51,487 bases of DNA from an uncultured Bacteroidales bacterium (GTDB lineage Bacteria; Bacteroidota; Bacteroidia; Bacteroidales; ML635J-15), in contig CAZBPT010000001.1 of NCBI GenBank assembly GCA_964493875.1, positions 53,020 to 104,506 on the forward strand, in the 5' to 3' direction. The notes beneath the pieces are model-generated. The model was not told the DNA's origin. It made no database searches and saw only the letters and a program-made list of their open reading frames with translations. Made by a program: the position numbers and the translations under genes. The stretch's first letter is position 1. Every line of letters begins with the position of its first letter. Of this stretch, positions 9,322 to 19,448 are shown one piece after another.

Positions 9322-9927
9322 TTATTTATAAAAATTCATTTTATTTATATATTCCCAGACCTCTGGATCTAAAAAAAATCTAACATCTTTATTTTCAGAA
9401 ATCGACTTACGAATAAAACTCGAAGATATTTCAAATTGAGGAGCATCAAGAATTTCGATTTTGGCTTCTGGAACTTCCAAAAGTAATTCTTCCAGATATT
9501 TTTTACATTCTGTATCCTGACGTTTGTAAACATAAATAGGATAATCGCGAAGAATAATTTTATAGTTTTTCCATTTATTAAAACTTTTAAGATTATCACC
9601 ACCAACAAGAATAGAAAATTTTGTATTAGGATATTTTTCCTGCAAATATGTTAGAGTGTTTATTGTATAATTTGGTTTTGGAAGATAAAATTCAATATCT
9701 GATACATAAAATTTTTTATAATCGCCGATTGCTAATTCTAGCATATATTTTCTTTGTCGCTCGTCCAAAAGTGAAGAATTCTTTTTAAGTGGATTTTGAG
9801 GCGTAACAACAAACCAAAATTCTCTGAAATTGAAACATTCGACAATATAATTTGCAATAGCCAAATGTCCGACATGCACAGGATTATAAGAGCCGAAAAA
9901 CAATATTATTTCTTTACTATTCTGCAT
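9322..9927 (-). CDS. nadD: nicotinate-nucleotide adenylyltransferase
   Basis: FGSYNPVHVGHLAIA (HxGH motif) plus a C-terminal ISSSFIR motif, 201 aa. Confidence 0.9.
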   Translation of the reverse strand: MQNSKEIILFFGSYNPVHVGHLAIANYIVECFNFREFWFVVTPQNPLKKNSSLLDERQRKYMLELAIGDYKKFYVSDIEFYLPKPNYTINTLTYLQEKYPNTKFSILVGGDNLKSFNKWKNYKIILRDYPIYVYKRQDTECKKYLEELLLEVPEAKIEILDAPQFEISSSFIRKSISENKDVRFFLDPEVWEYINKMNFYK

Positions 9928-10933
9928 TCAAAATTTTAACTTCAAAAATTAATGTACTAAACGGAGGTATTGATTGATATTTTTGGTCGCCATAAGCTAA
10001 TCTAAAAGGAATAATTATTATGGAATGTTCGCCCACTTTCATTTGTGTAACAGCTTGGTCAAGTCCTTCGATAACTTCTTTTTTTCCAACAACAAAACGG
10101 AAAGGTTTATTGCGTTCGAAAGTAGAATTAAAAACAGTTCCATCAATAAAAGAAGCAGAATAATCTATAGTTATCAAATCTCCGTTTTTTACTTGTCGTG
10201 ATGATCCTTTTTCTACTGTAACAATGTATAACCCGTTAGTAGTTTTTTTATATGGTTTATTTAATATTGAAAGATACTTCTGTATATCGCTTTTTTCAAC
10301 ATCATTATAATAACTATATATTTCCTTGTTCTCCTTAATAAAATCTGTTTGTGTTTCAATTTTTAACATCTTGATATTAAAAATCAATTTGTCTCCTTTT
10401 TTTAATGGAGCAGGAAGTTCTTTTCCTTGCGTATAATGATAAAAATTATAAGCATCAATTTTATAAACAGCGCTATCGTTTTCGGCAAGCATTCCAAGAG
10501 CCTCCTCAAAACAACCTCCCGAGTGCGAGGCTCGTTTTAAAGTCATTACAAAATTGTTTGAAATTTTTTTTGAATCAAAAAGGATTTTTCCATCTTCAGT
10601 ACTGTAAGTAAAGTCTATGGTAACAATGTCTCCGGGAATTGGATATTTATTACTTCTATGAGAAACAATACGTCTGTAATTAAGCCCAGACTCAGTTTTT
10701 TGAAATATCTTATCGGGTTTTGTTGTTGTTAATTCTGCTTCCCCGTTTTTGCCAATTAACATCACAGTAAGTTCTCCAGAATTTGTATCCACATAATTGA
10801 AATCTTCAATTTTTACAGTTTTCTGAGTTTTATTTTCATTTGATTTTTGATTATCGTTATTCTTTTTATTTTTACATGAAAAAAAAGAAAGAGGAAAAAT
10901 CAGAATAAGTATATATAAAAAAATATTTCTCAT
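9917..10933 (-). CDS. FKBP-type peptidyl-prolyl cis-trans isomerase lipoprotein (paralog A)
   Basis: I place the start at MRNIFLYILILIFPLSFFSC (lipobox). The C-terminal FKBP domain reads GDLITIDYSASFIDGTVFNST...VIEGLDQAVTQMKVGE...AYG. The ORF-track start at 10945 adds 4 residues. Confidence 0.8.
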   Translation of the reverse strand: MRNIFLYILILIFPLSFFSCKNKKNNDNQKSNENKTQKTVKIEDFNYVDTNSGELTVMLIGKNGEAELTTTKPDKIFQKTESGLNYRRIVSHRSNKYPIPGDIVTIDFTYSTEDGKILFDSKKISNNFVMTLKRASHSGGCFEEALGMLAENDSAVYKIDAYNFYHYTQGKELPAPLKKGDKLIFNIKMLKIETQTDFIKENKEIYSYYNDVEKSDIQKYLSILNKPYKKTTNGLYIVTVEKGSSRQVKNGDLITIDYSASFIDGTVFNSTFERNKPFRFVVGKKEVIEGLDQAVTQMKVGEHSIIIIPFRLAYGDQKYQSIPPFSTLIFEVKILNAE

Positions 10934-10934
10934 A

Positions 10935-11792
10935 TTATTCAACATTAAGAATGTTTATCACAAAAATCAAAGAAGAAAAAGCTTGCACTTTACCTGAACC
11001 TTGTTTCCCGTACGCGAGTTTTGAAGGGATTATCATTCTGACGCTATCACCAACATGCAAATTTTTAACACCATCATTTAAACCTTTAATCATCTCATCG
11101 GAATCAACTTTAAAAGTTAAAGGTTGTTTTCCGAAAGATGTTTCGACAATAGTTCCATCAATAAGTGTCAGCATAAAATCTAAAGAGACAACAGAAGTAG
11201 AATTTACTGTTTCTCCTTTGCCTGATTTTAATACCTGCAAAAATACACCGGCAGAATTTGGAATAGTGTCCATATTGCTATTAATCAAATATTTTATAAG
11301 CAATTCGTGTTCTTTTTCTTCCGAAACGTGATATTTATTTGTAATAATTTTATCGGCATCTTCTTTATCTAGAATGTTAATGATTTTTACTTTCACGATA
11401 ATCATATCGCCGGATTTTACATCTTCAGGAAAAGAGTTAAACCGTTCTGTTTTCAATAAGAAATCATCTGCAAGAATTCTAAAAATTGCAGAATCACCCA
11501 CTGACAATAGCATCAAACCGTCTTCAAAACATCCTCCACGATGAGAAATTTCGGAAACTTTTCGTAAATATTTTCTTTCATTATTGTTTGAATTAAACAA
11601 TTCAACATCAGTTTCGGTATAATATGAAAGCGACATTTCTACCAAATCTCCCATCTGAATTTTTTGTCCGTTAGCATCAGAACTTTGAAAAAGAATGTAT
11701 TCTAATCCCGAACTATCTTTTTTATAATTTGAAGACGAACAGGATAAGAAAAACAACGTGACGATTAATGTAAATAAAATAATTTTTTTCAT
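10935..11792 (-). CDS. FKBP-type peptidyl-prolyl cis-trans isomerase lipoprotein (paralog B)
   Basis: I place the start at MKKIILFTLIVTLFFLSC. The C-terminal FKBP domain reads VVSLDFMLTLIDGTIVETSF...MIKGLNDGVKNLHVGD...AYG. It shares the SH.GGCFE motif with paralog A. Confidence 0.8.
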   Translation of the reverse strand: MKKIILFTLIVTLFFLSCSSSNYKKDSSGLEYILFQSSDANGQKIQMGDLVEMSLSYYTETDVELFNSNNNERKYLRKVSEISHRGGCFEDGLMLLSVGDSAIFRILADDFLLKTERFNSFPEDVKSGDMIIVKVKIINILDKEDADKIITNKYHVSEEKEHELLIKYLINSNMDTIPNSAGVFLQVLKSGKGETVNSTSVVSLDFMLTLIDGTIVETSFGKQPLTFKVDSDEMIKGLNDGVKNLHVGDSVRMIIPSKLAYGKQGSGKVQAFSSLIFVINILNVE

Positions 11793-11972
11793 AACTAAAG
11801 AACGCAAAAGTAAAAAAATAATTATTAACTACTATCAAAATTACTAAATTAAATAAAATTCCAATAAAAGAAAAAAAAAAGCTCAAAAAATCAATAATTG
11901 TGAAGAATCTACGAGTGACTTATTAATATTAAATATTTTTTCTTTGATGAAAAAAATGTTACTTTTGTATAA

Positions 11973-13178
11973 ATGAAAATACTTTTGTTAACAAATAAAG
12001 TTCCGTATCCACCTAAAGATGGAGGGGCAATTGCAACGCTTTCTTTAGCTGTGTCTATGGCAAAAAACGGAGTTGACATTAGTATTTTATCGTTCAATAC
12101 CGACAAGCATTATTTTGATATAAATAAAATTCCGCAGGAAATCACAAATCATCTGAAATTTTATTCTGTAGATATTAGTACAAAATTAAATCCTTGGAAA
12201 GCCCTCAAAAATTTTATTTTTTCGAATGAACCTTACATTGCTGAAAGGTTTGTTAGTGAGAATTACAAAAATAAATTAATAGAATTATTAAAAAAAGAAC
12301 AATTTGACATCATACAATTAGAGGGTTTGTATATGTGTTCATACATAAAGGCTATAAGAGAAAACTCGAACTCAAAAATTGCTTTTCGTGCACACAATAT
12401 TGAACACATAATTTGGCAAAGAAAACACAAAAACGAAAAAAATCTTTTACTAAAATATTATTTAAAAAACCTTTCTAAACGAATTTTAAAATATAAATTA
12501 AAATATCTTAATTGTTATGATGTTTTAATACCAATTACAGCAGAAGACGATGCTTTTTTCAACAAATTGGGAAACAAAAAAAGATCCCATGTAGTGCAAA
12601 CAGGCATTGACAAAGAAAATTATATAATAAATAAAGAACATTGCGAATTTCCTGGGTTTTTCCATATTGGAGCATTAGATTGGATGCCAAACCAAGAAGG
12701 GTTAAGATGGTTTATTGAGAATTCATGGAAAAAATTTCAGGAAGAAAATCCTGATTATCATTTTTATGTTGCAGGAAGAAATGCTTCAGAAAAAGAAATT
12801 AACTTCTTTAATAAAAATAATATTTCATATTTGGGAGAAGTTGAAAATTCAATAGATTTCATAAATTCAAAATCAATTATGATAGTTCCACTGCTTTCTG
12901 GAGGAGGTATGCGGATAAAAATTATTGAAGGAATGGCACTCGGCAAAGTAATAATTTCTACGAGTATAGGTGCAGAGGGTATCCCTGTTACAAACGGAGA
13001 AAATATTCTTATAGCAAACAGTCCTGAAGAAATAATTAACGCCATGAAATTAGTTCTTTCCGATAAAGAATTATTTGAAAAAATATCAAAAAATGCTGTT
13101 GACTTTATTTATAAAAATTTCGACAATAAAATTATCGGAGAAAAATTAATAAACTTTTACAAAGAAATATTACAATGA
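11973..13178 (+). CDS. glycosyltransferase, GT-B fold (family 1/4)
   Basis: MKILLLTNKVPYPPKDGGAIA at the N-terminus. C-terminal half has the GGMRIKIIEGMALGKVIISTSIGAEG nucleotide-sugar-binding pattern. Confidence 0.8.
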   Translation: MKILLLTNKVPYPPKDGGAIATLSLAVSMAKNGVDISILSFNTDKHYFDINKIPQEITNHLKFYSVDISTKLNPWKALKNFIFSNEPYIAERFVSENYKNKLIELLKKEQFDIIQLEGLYMCSYIKAIRENSNSKIAFRAHNIEHIIWQRKHKNEKNLLLKYYLKNLSKRILKYKLKYLNCYDVLIPITAEDDAFFNKLGNKKRSHVVQTGIDKENYIINKEHCEFPGFFHIGALDWMPNQEGLRWFIENSWKKFQEENPDYHFYVAGRNASEKEINFFNKNNISYLGEVENSIDFINSKSIMIVPLLSGGGMRIKIIEGMALGKVIISTSIGAEGIPVTNGENILIANSPEEIINAMKLVLSDKELFEKISKNAVDFIYKNFDNKIIGEKLINFYKEILQ

Positions 13179-13993
13179 AAATCAGCGTATTAATGACGGT
13201 TTATATTCGTGAAATTGCTCCCTACTTAAAAGAGAGTATAGAGAGTATTTTGAATCAAACCGTAAAAGCAGATGAAATTGTTATAGTAAAAGATGGTCCT
13301 GTAAAAGACGAAATTAATGAAACATTAAAATACTACGAAGAAAAATATCCTGGATTTTTTAAAATTATCACATTAGAAAAAAATCAAGGATCAGGCATAG
13401 CATCAAGAATCGGTATAGAAAATTGCTCATATGAATTGGTTGCAAGAATGGATTCTGACGACATTTCTATGCCAAACAGATTTGAAAAAGAATTAGCATA
13501 TCTAAAAGCAAATCCCGAATGTAGATTGATAGGCACCGACCACATAGAATTTACTGACGAAGGAAGAGAAGTATATAAAAAATTTCCAAACAATCATGAT
13601 GAATTGGTAAAATTTGCAAAATCAAGAAATCCTTTTAGCACTCCATCGGTTATAATGTACCGTGAAGATGTTCTCGCTGTAGGAAATTATCATGACAAAA
13701 TGTTGTTTGAAGATTATGATATGTGGATTCGTTTAATTGTATATGGAGTAAAAATATACAATATTCCCGAAGCATTGGTAAAAGTTAGAACTACAAATGG
13801 ATTATATGGCAGACGTGGCGGAAAAAAATACGTTCGTTATACATATAGATTTTATAAAGGAGCTGTGGATATAGGTTTTTTAAATTGGTTTGAAGCTTTT
13901 CCAAAAGTTCTATATCGCAGTATTATTGCTATAATGCCACCATTTTTAAGAGAATGGTTTTATTTAAACTTTTTACGTAAAAGAATCAATTAA
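13175..13993 (+). CDS. glycosyltransferase family 2
   Basis: ISVLMTVYIRE...SILNQT and ARMDSDDIS (DxD). Overlaps the upstream GT gene by 4 nt (ATGA). Confidence 0.8.
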   Translation: MKISVLMTVYIREIAPYLKESIESILNQTVKADEIVIVKDGPVKDEINETLKYYEEKYPGFFKIITLEKNQGSGIASRIGIENCSYELVARMDSDDISMPNRFEKELAYLKANPECRLIGTDHIEFTDEGREVYKKFPNNHDELVKFAKSRNPFSTPSVIMYREDVLAVGNYHDKMLFEDYDMWIRLIVYGVKIYNIPEALVKVRTTNGLYGRRGGKKYVRYTYRFYKGAVDIGFLNWFEAFPKVLYRSIIAIMPPFLREWFYLNFLRKRIN

Positions 13994-14036
13994 TAACGAA
14001 TATAATAATATTTATATTTATAAAAATATATAAGAG

Positions 14037-15242
14037 ATGAGAAAATTAAACACGATAGAAGAAGCCCTTGAAGATTTTAAAGAAGGTAAAATTGTAATAG
14101 TTGTAGATGACGAAGACAGAGAAAACGAAGGCGATTTTATTGTTTCTGCAGAAAAAATCACACCGGAAATTGTTAATTTTATGCTAAAAAACGGAAGAGG
14201 TGTTCTATGTGCACCAATTCCTGAAGAACGTTGCAAAGAATTAGATCTCGAAAAACAAGTATCAAACAATACATCAATGCTTGGTACTCCATTTACTGTT
14301 ACTGTTGATAAATTAGAAGGCTGTACTACGGGCGTTTCCGCACACGACAGAGCAGCAACAATTAGAGCATTGGCAGACGAAGCATCTACTGCTGAAACAT
14401 TTGGACGTCCTGGACATATAAATCCTCTTTATGCAAAATCCAAAGGAGTTCTCCGCCGTGCAGGACATACCGAAGCTGCTATCGATTTGGCACGTCTGTC
14501 TGGACTATTCCCTGCAGCTGCACTTATTGAGATTATGAATGAAGACGGTTCAATGGCTCGATTACCGGAACTTTTTGAAGTTGCCGATAAATTTGGGTTA
14601 AAAATAATCAGTATCGCAGATTTAATAAAATACAGACTTAAAACCGAAAGTACTGTAGAAATTGGAGAAAGAGTACATCTTCCAACAGATTACGGTGATT
14701 TCGACATTATTCCATTCCATCAAATTAGTAATGATTTAGAACATATAGCACTAATAAAAGGCTCTTGGGAAAAAGATGAACCAATAATGGTAAGAATGCA
14801 CTCAAGTTGCGCTACAGGAGATATCTTCGCATCAAAAAAATGTGATTGTGGAAACCAACTTCACGAAGCAATGAAACTTATTGAAAAAGAAGGTAAGGGT
14901 GTTATTGTTTATTTGAATCAGGAAGGTCGCGGTATCGGACTGATGAACAAAATAGCTACTTATAAACTTCAAGAACAAGGCTACGATACTGTTGATGCTA
15001 ATTTGCATTTAGGATTTAAAGACGATGAACGTGATTATGGCGTAGGCGCTCAAATATTAAGACAAATTGGCGTTACTAAAATGAAATTAATTACCAATAA
15101 TCCTCGAAAACTTGCCGGACTTAAAGGCTATGGATTAGAAATTATTGAAGTAAAACATCTTGAAATTCAGCCTAATAACTATAACCATTTTTACTTACAA
15201 ACAAAAAAAGAAAAAATGGGACACATTCTTAATAAACTATAA
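14037..15242 (+). CDS. ribBA: bifunctional 3,4-dihydroxy-2-butanone-4-phosphate synthase / GTP cyclohydrolase II
   Basis: [11 protein letters not shown] and [12 protein letters not shown] (RibB half). [19 protein letters not shown] and NQEGRGIGL (RibA half). Confidence 0.92.
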   Translation: MRKLNTIEEALEDFKEGKIVIVVDDEDRENEGDFIVSAEKITPEIVNFMLKNGRGVLCAPIPEERCKELDLEKQVSNNTSMLGTPFTVTVDKLEGCTTGVSAHDRAATIRALADEASTAETFGRPGHINPLYAKSKGVLRRAGHTEAAIDLARLSGLFPAAALIEIMNEDGSMARLPELFEVADKFGLKIISIADLIKYRLKTESTVEIGERVHLPTDYGDFDIIPFHQISNDLEHIALIKGSWEKDEPIMVRMHSSCATGDIFASKKCDCGNQLHEAMKLIEKEGKGVIVYLNQEGRGIGLMNKIATYKLQEQGYDTVDANLHLGFKDDERDYGVGAQILRQIGVTKMKLITNNPRKLAGLKGYGLEIIEVKHLEIQPNNYNHFYLQTKKEKMGHILNKL

Positions 15243-15270
15243 TTAAGAAACACAAAAAACTTACAAAAAA

Positions 15271-15714
15271 CTATTCGTGATTTTGTATATAGGATAAAAA
15301 ATCATTAATAATCTTGCTATGGTCAAATGCAAGAGAAGGGAGTTTATCAATATCGAAAAAAGATAATTCTTTGGCATCATCTCCTGCTTGAGCTTTTTCT
15401 ATATTTTCACAAAAGCCATAATATACTATTGTAACAGTTCTCCCTCGGGGATCTCTACCTATATCGCCATAAGTTCGAAATTGATATAATTCAATGTCTT
15501 TCAACGAAGTTTCTTCAAGCAATTCTCTTTTTACAGAATCAATAAGATTTTCCTCCATTTCAATAAAACCACCGGGCAAAGCCCAACAATTTTTAAATGG
15601 ATCATTCCCTCTTTTTATCAACAATAATTTTGTTCTAGATTTGCTATCTAAAATAAGAGCATCTACGGTAATAGATGCTCTTGGATAACTATAAAAAATT
15701 TTTTTTTCTTTCAC
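15271..15714 (-). CDS. NUDIX hydrolase
   Basis: Nudix box GGFIEMEENLIDSVKRELLEETS. Uses a GTG start. Confidence 0.8.
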   Translation of the reverse strand: MKEKKIFYSYPRASITVDALILDSKSRTKLLLIKRGNDPFKNCWALPGGFIEMEENLIDSVKRELLEETSLKDIELYQFRTYGDIGRDPRGRTVTIVYYGFCENIEKAQAGDDAKELSFFDIDKLPSLAFDHSKIINDFLSYIQNHE

Positions 15715-15728
15715 AAATTCAAAAAAAA

Positions 15729-16292
15729 TTACTTTGCTCTTTCAACATACTCTTTTGTACGCGTATCAACTTTAATTTTTTCTCCAATTTCAATAAAAAG
15801 AGGTACCATAATACTTGCTCCTGTATCAATAGTAGCAGGTTTTAGTGCGTTAGTAGAAGTGTCTCCTTTCAAGCCAGGTTCAGTATAAGTAACTTCCGAT
15901 ATAACAAATGGAGGCAATTCACAAGTCATAGGAGTTTCTGTTTCGGCATGGAAAACTATTTCTACTTCTTGTCCTTCTTTTAAAAATTCAACACCTTCAA
16001 TAACTGCCTCTGGAATAGAAACTTGCTCATAAGTTTCTAAATGCATAAAATTAAAACCCATATCATCTTTATATAAAAATTGATAAGGTCTTCTTTCAAT
16101 ACGAATTATATCTATTTTTGCACCTGAATTAAATGTATTTTCGATTACACGTCCGTTTTCTAAACTTTTCATTCTCGTTCTAACAAAAGCACCGCCCTTA
16201 CCAGGTTTTACATGTTGAAAATAAACGATTTGATAAGGTTTTCCGTTATACTCTATTGTTAAGCCGTTTTTGATATCTGCTGTCGTTGCCAT
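15729..16292 (-). CDS. efp: translation elongation factor P
   Basis: 187 aa with [15 protein letters not shown] and three OB/KOW-like domains. Confidence 0.92.
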   Translation of the reverse strand: MATTADIKNGLTIEYNGKPYQIVYFQHVKPGKGGAFVRTRMKSLENGRVIENTFNSGAKIDIIRIERRPYQFLYKDDMGFNFMHLETYEQVSIPEAVIEGVEFLKEGQEVEIVFHAETETPMTCELPPFVISEVTYTEPGLKGDTSTNALKPATIDTGASIMVPLFIEIGEKIKVDTRTKEYVERAK

Positions 16293-16363
16293 ATTAAAAT
16301 TTTAACAAAAATAATATTTTTTTTTTATTTTCTGAAATTAATTTTTTATTTACATAAATTCAA

Positions 16364-16399
16364 TAAAAAAAGCAACAATAATTATTGTTGCTTTTTTTA
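16364..16399 (-). terminator. bidirectional hairpin terminator downstream of the T9SS cargo gene
   Basis: Perfect 22-nt palindrome AGCAACAATAATTATTGTTGCT, flanked by an A-run on one side and a T-run on the other. Confidence 0.7.
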
Positions 16400-16416
16400 T
16401 TGTTAAGAAATGATAA

Positions 16417-17955
16417 CTACATAATTATCAAATGTTTATTATAAGTTTTAGTTTCTGTTATTATCCTTACGATATAAGATCCACTAGGTAAATTTGTAGA
16501 AATTTCATATTGTTCTTGACCTTCGTAAAGACCTTCTTCTCTTAAAACACTACCATTCATATCAATAATCTGATAATATTTTAAATTTTTCATATTATTT
16601 AATTCTATGGTAAATACCCCATCACTTGGATTTGGATAAATATCGAAATCTCCATCATTTGTTTCTTCATCAACAGAAATAGGATTTGATCCTAAAACTG
16701 TAGCACAATCGCTAACTGAACACCCTGATGTATTAACAACTGTAACACAATACTCGCCAGCTGACAAATTATTTATTGATGAACCAACATCACCATTGCT
16801 CCAATAATATAAGTCAGATTCATTATCTGAAATTGCTGTTGCTGTACCAATGTTTTGTGATTCATAATCATCTGTAGTAGAAAAAGAACTGATTACGGGA
16901 CTTGGATTTATATTTAAAGAAACTTGATTATTTGCCTGCACAAAAATAGAATCATTAGAAATTCCGTATTCTGCACTCATCGCAACTGTATCTGCATCAC
17001 TGTAAAAATCTGGATAATAGACAATAAGTTCATAAGTTCCGCTAGTTGTAGGTTCAAAAGAAAAAGATTGTGTATTAAAACTAGCAATTTCATTACCATC
17101 AAAAAATAATTTATAACTTGCATTAGCTATATAATTAGCTGAAATTGAAATCATTATGCTTTCACCTTCACAAATTGAAGCTTCAGAAAAATTAAAATCG
17201 GGACGAGGTAAAGAAAATTGTAAAACAGCACTGCCTTTTGCTCCATTACCGCCAATTCTATAATCAGAGCCAAATGCTTTGTATAAAGCACCTCCTGAAC
17301 CGCCACCTCCAATTACAGAACCATCACTACCATTAGAGTTGATATCAGATACACCACCGACACCGCCGCCAACACCTGCTCCTGCTCCACCAGGGCCTCC
17401 AATTCCTTTATTTACAAGAGATTGATATATGAAGTTTCCATAACCACCATCTTCACCATATATCCCTGAAACGTTCATTATATCAGAAGAAGAAGAAAAA
17501 GATCCTCCCAAACCATAATCACCACGAGAAGAAGATTCTGTAGCAGCTGTACTCTTATTGATGCCTCCACCGGCACCACCACCATTTGCTACTATTTGAC
17601 TTTCTCCAAAAGATATTTTCGAAAAACCGCCAACTTCGCCATCAGCAGCTGCACCGCCACCATTACCACCACGACCTACAATCACGGAACAAGAATCAAA
17701 AGCATTTGGGAATTCACCATAAATAAAACTTCCACCGCCGGCACCACCGCCTAAAGCTGTTGCAGACAACATTGCTTGGGCTCCGCCACCGCCACCGCCT
17801 GCTCCCCATGCCTGACCACTTATAAGTATTGCACTTTGAGGTATCGATGGGGAATAAGTTCCATCATTATTCCAAGTCATTACAATTTGACTACTCATAG
17901 TGATTGACAAAAACAATAAAATCACAAAAGGGATAATAAAAGTATTATTCTTCAT
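16417..17955 (-). CDS. secreted glycine-rich-domain protein with SprB-like repeat and T9SS C-terminal sorting domain
   Basis: I place the start at MKNNTFIIPFVILLFLSITMSSQ (signal peptide); the ORF-track start at 18069 adds 38 residues. About 230 aa of GGxGG-rich repeats, e.g. AWGAGGGGGGAQ and GRGGNGGGAA. One SprB-type repeat (YYWSNGDVGSSINNLSAGEYCVTVVNTSGC). The C-terminus FDIYPNPSDGVFTIEL...YIVRI matches a type A sorting domain. Confidence 0.75.
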   Translation of the reverse strand: MKNNTFIIPFVILLFLSITMSSQIVMTWNNDGTYSPSIPQSAILISGQAWGAGGGGGGAQAMLSATALGGGAGGGSFIYGEFPNAFDSCSVIVGRGGNGGGAAADGEVGGFSKISFGESQIVANGGGAGGGINKSTAATESSSRGDYGLGGSFSSSSDIMNVSGIYGEDGGYGNFIYQSLVNKGIGGPGGAGAGVGGGVGGVSDINSNGSDGSVIGGGGSGGALYKAFGSDYRIGGNGAKGSAVLQFSLPRPDFNFSEASICEGESIMISISANYIANASYKLFFDGNEIASFNTQSFSFEPTTSGTYELIVYYPDFYSDADTVAMSAEYGISNDSIFVQANNQVSLNINPSPVISSFSTTDDYESQNIGTATAISDNESDLYYWSNGDVGSSINNLSAGEYCVTVVNTSGCSVSDCATVLGSNPISVDEETNDGDFDIYPNPSDGVFTIELNNMKNLKYYQIIDMNGSVLREEGLYEGQEQYEISTNLPSGSYIVRIITETKTYNKHLIIM

Positions 17956-18181
17956 AAAAAAAATTTGTGTTAATAAATAATTATTTGATTTTTTATGCAT
18001 ACAACAAACATTTATGCATTTTTTAAAAATAACGAACTTCAATAAATAAATACAAGTATTATTATTCATTCAATTATTTTACAAATATAACATATAAAAT
18101 TGGATTTTCAATTTTATTTTTGCAAAAATAATCGTTAATAATATATTCATCATCGGTAATTCGCTAATATTCAAGAATATA

Positions 18182-19360
18182 CTATTCGTACATTCCTGAA
18201 TATAATTTTGAAATTTCCATCTTGGTTAGAAGTCTCCATTTTCCACGAGGCAAATCTTTTTTCGTTAATCCGGCATAATAAACCCTATCGAGTTTTTTTA
18301 CTACATATCCAAGTTGTTCAAATATTCTTCTAACAATTCTGTTTCTTCCCGAATGAAGTTCTATTCCTAGTTCTGTTCCGTCAGTGTTAACATAATCAAT
18401 TTTGTCGGGTTTTATGAAACCGTCCTCCAATTCAAAGCCATTCGAAATTTGTTCAAAATCTTCAACAGTTAGTGCACGTTCTAAAAAAACATGATATATT
18501 TTCTTTTTGTTGTATTTTGGGTGAGTAAGTTTTTTTGTAAGTTCTCCATCGTTTGTAAGAAGTAGTAATCCTGTTGTATTTCTATCCAAACGGCCTACAG
18601 GATAAATGCGTTCGGTACAAGCACCTTTCACTAAATCCAAAACTGTTTTTCTTCCTTCGGGGTCATCTAAAGTTGTTATATAATCTTTTGGTTTATTCAA
18701 CAAAATATAAACTTTTTTTTCGCTGTTAATTTTTTCATCACCTAATTTTACAACGTCATTTGGAAAAACCCTTGTTCCTAATTCTGTAATGATTTTACCA
18801 TTAACAGAAACAGAACCGGCAGAAATCAATACGTCAGCTTCTCTGCGGGAACAAACTCCTGCATTAGAAATATATCTGTTCAATCGTATTCCTTCTTTTT
18901 GAGAATCTTTGGATTTTGATTTATTAATATCTTGAGAAAAATTCACATTTTTTCTTTTAATTAATTTTGGAGTATCGTCATGAACAAAATCCGAAGAGCC
19001 TGATGGTTTACGGAATTTGTTGTTCCTTACCTTCTTTTCTTCAAAGACTTTTTTGTCTTCTTTTTTTGCTTTTAAATAACTTGGAACCTCTGAATATTTT
19101 GAAGCCTTATCGAATTTTTTGCCGTATCTTCTGTTTTTATCTGCTGGATCATATGCTCTTGTTTGAAAATTTTCTTCTCTTCCTTCTCTTCCTTCTCTTA
19201 CATCACTTCTATTATCTTTATTTCTTTTATAACTGTGAACATTGTCACGAGAATTGTCAGAATTATTTTTATTTCTGCGGGAGTTGTTGTTGCTTTCTGT
19301 ATTATTTTCTGAAACAGATGATTTACTTCTGTCAGATCTTGTATAATTGTTTGGTTTCAT
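18182..19360 (-). CDS. rluB: 23S rRNA pseudouridine synthase (RluB/RsuA family) with long basic N-terminal extension
   Basis: S4 domain IRLNRYISNAGVCSRREADVLI and catalytic motif PVGRLDRNTTGLLLLTNDG. It is preceded by about 156 aa of K/R/N/S-rich low-complexity sequence. Confidence 0.85.
   Translation of the reverse strand: MKPNNYTRSDRSKSSVSENNTESNNNSRRNKNNSDNSRDNVHSYKRNKDNRSDVREGREGREENFQTRAYDPADKNRRYGKKFDKASKYSEVPSYLKAKKEDKKVFEEKKVRNNKFRKPSGSSDFVHDDTPKLIKRKNVNFSQDINKSKSKDSQKEGIRLNRYISNAGVCSRREADVLISAGSVSVNGKIITELGTRVFPNDVVKLGDEKINSEKKVYILLNKPKDYITTLDDPEGRKTVLDLVKGACTERIYPVGRLDRNTTGLLLLTNDGELTKKLTHPKYNKKKIYHVFLERALTVEDFEQISNGFELEDGFIKPDKIDYVNTDGTELGIELHSGRNRIVRRIFEQLGYVVKKLDRVYYAGLTKKDLPRGKWRLLTKMEISKLYSGMYE
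19174..19200 (-). repeat. in-frame 9-nt tandem repeat (3 units) inside the rluB extension
   Basis: CTTCTCTTC, CTTCTCTTC, CTTCTCTTA on the plus strand, encoding REGREGREE. Confidence 0.8.
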
Positions 19361-19448
19361 TTTAGAACATTAATGAATTAAAAACGTCAATAATTATTAG
19401 TTATTTTATTTATAATAAAATTTTTATCAACATAAAAAATTTATTTTA

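Noticed and set aside
13994-14036. An FMN riboswitch expected upstream of the riboflavin genes ribBA (13994..14036) and ribD (26355..26444), and a cobalamin riboswitch expected upstream of the BtuF-like gene.
   Set aside because: The spacers are only 43 and 90 nt of almost pure A/T, and the BtuF-like gene overlaps glmM. There is no room or sequence for these conserved aptamers.
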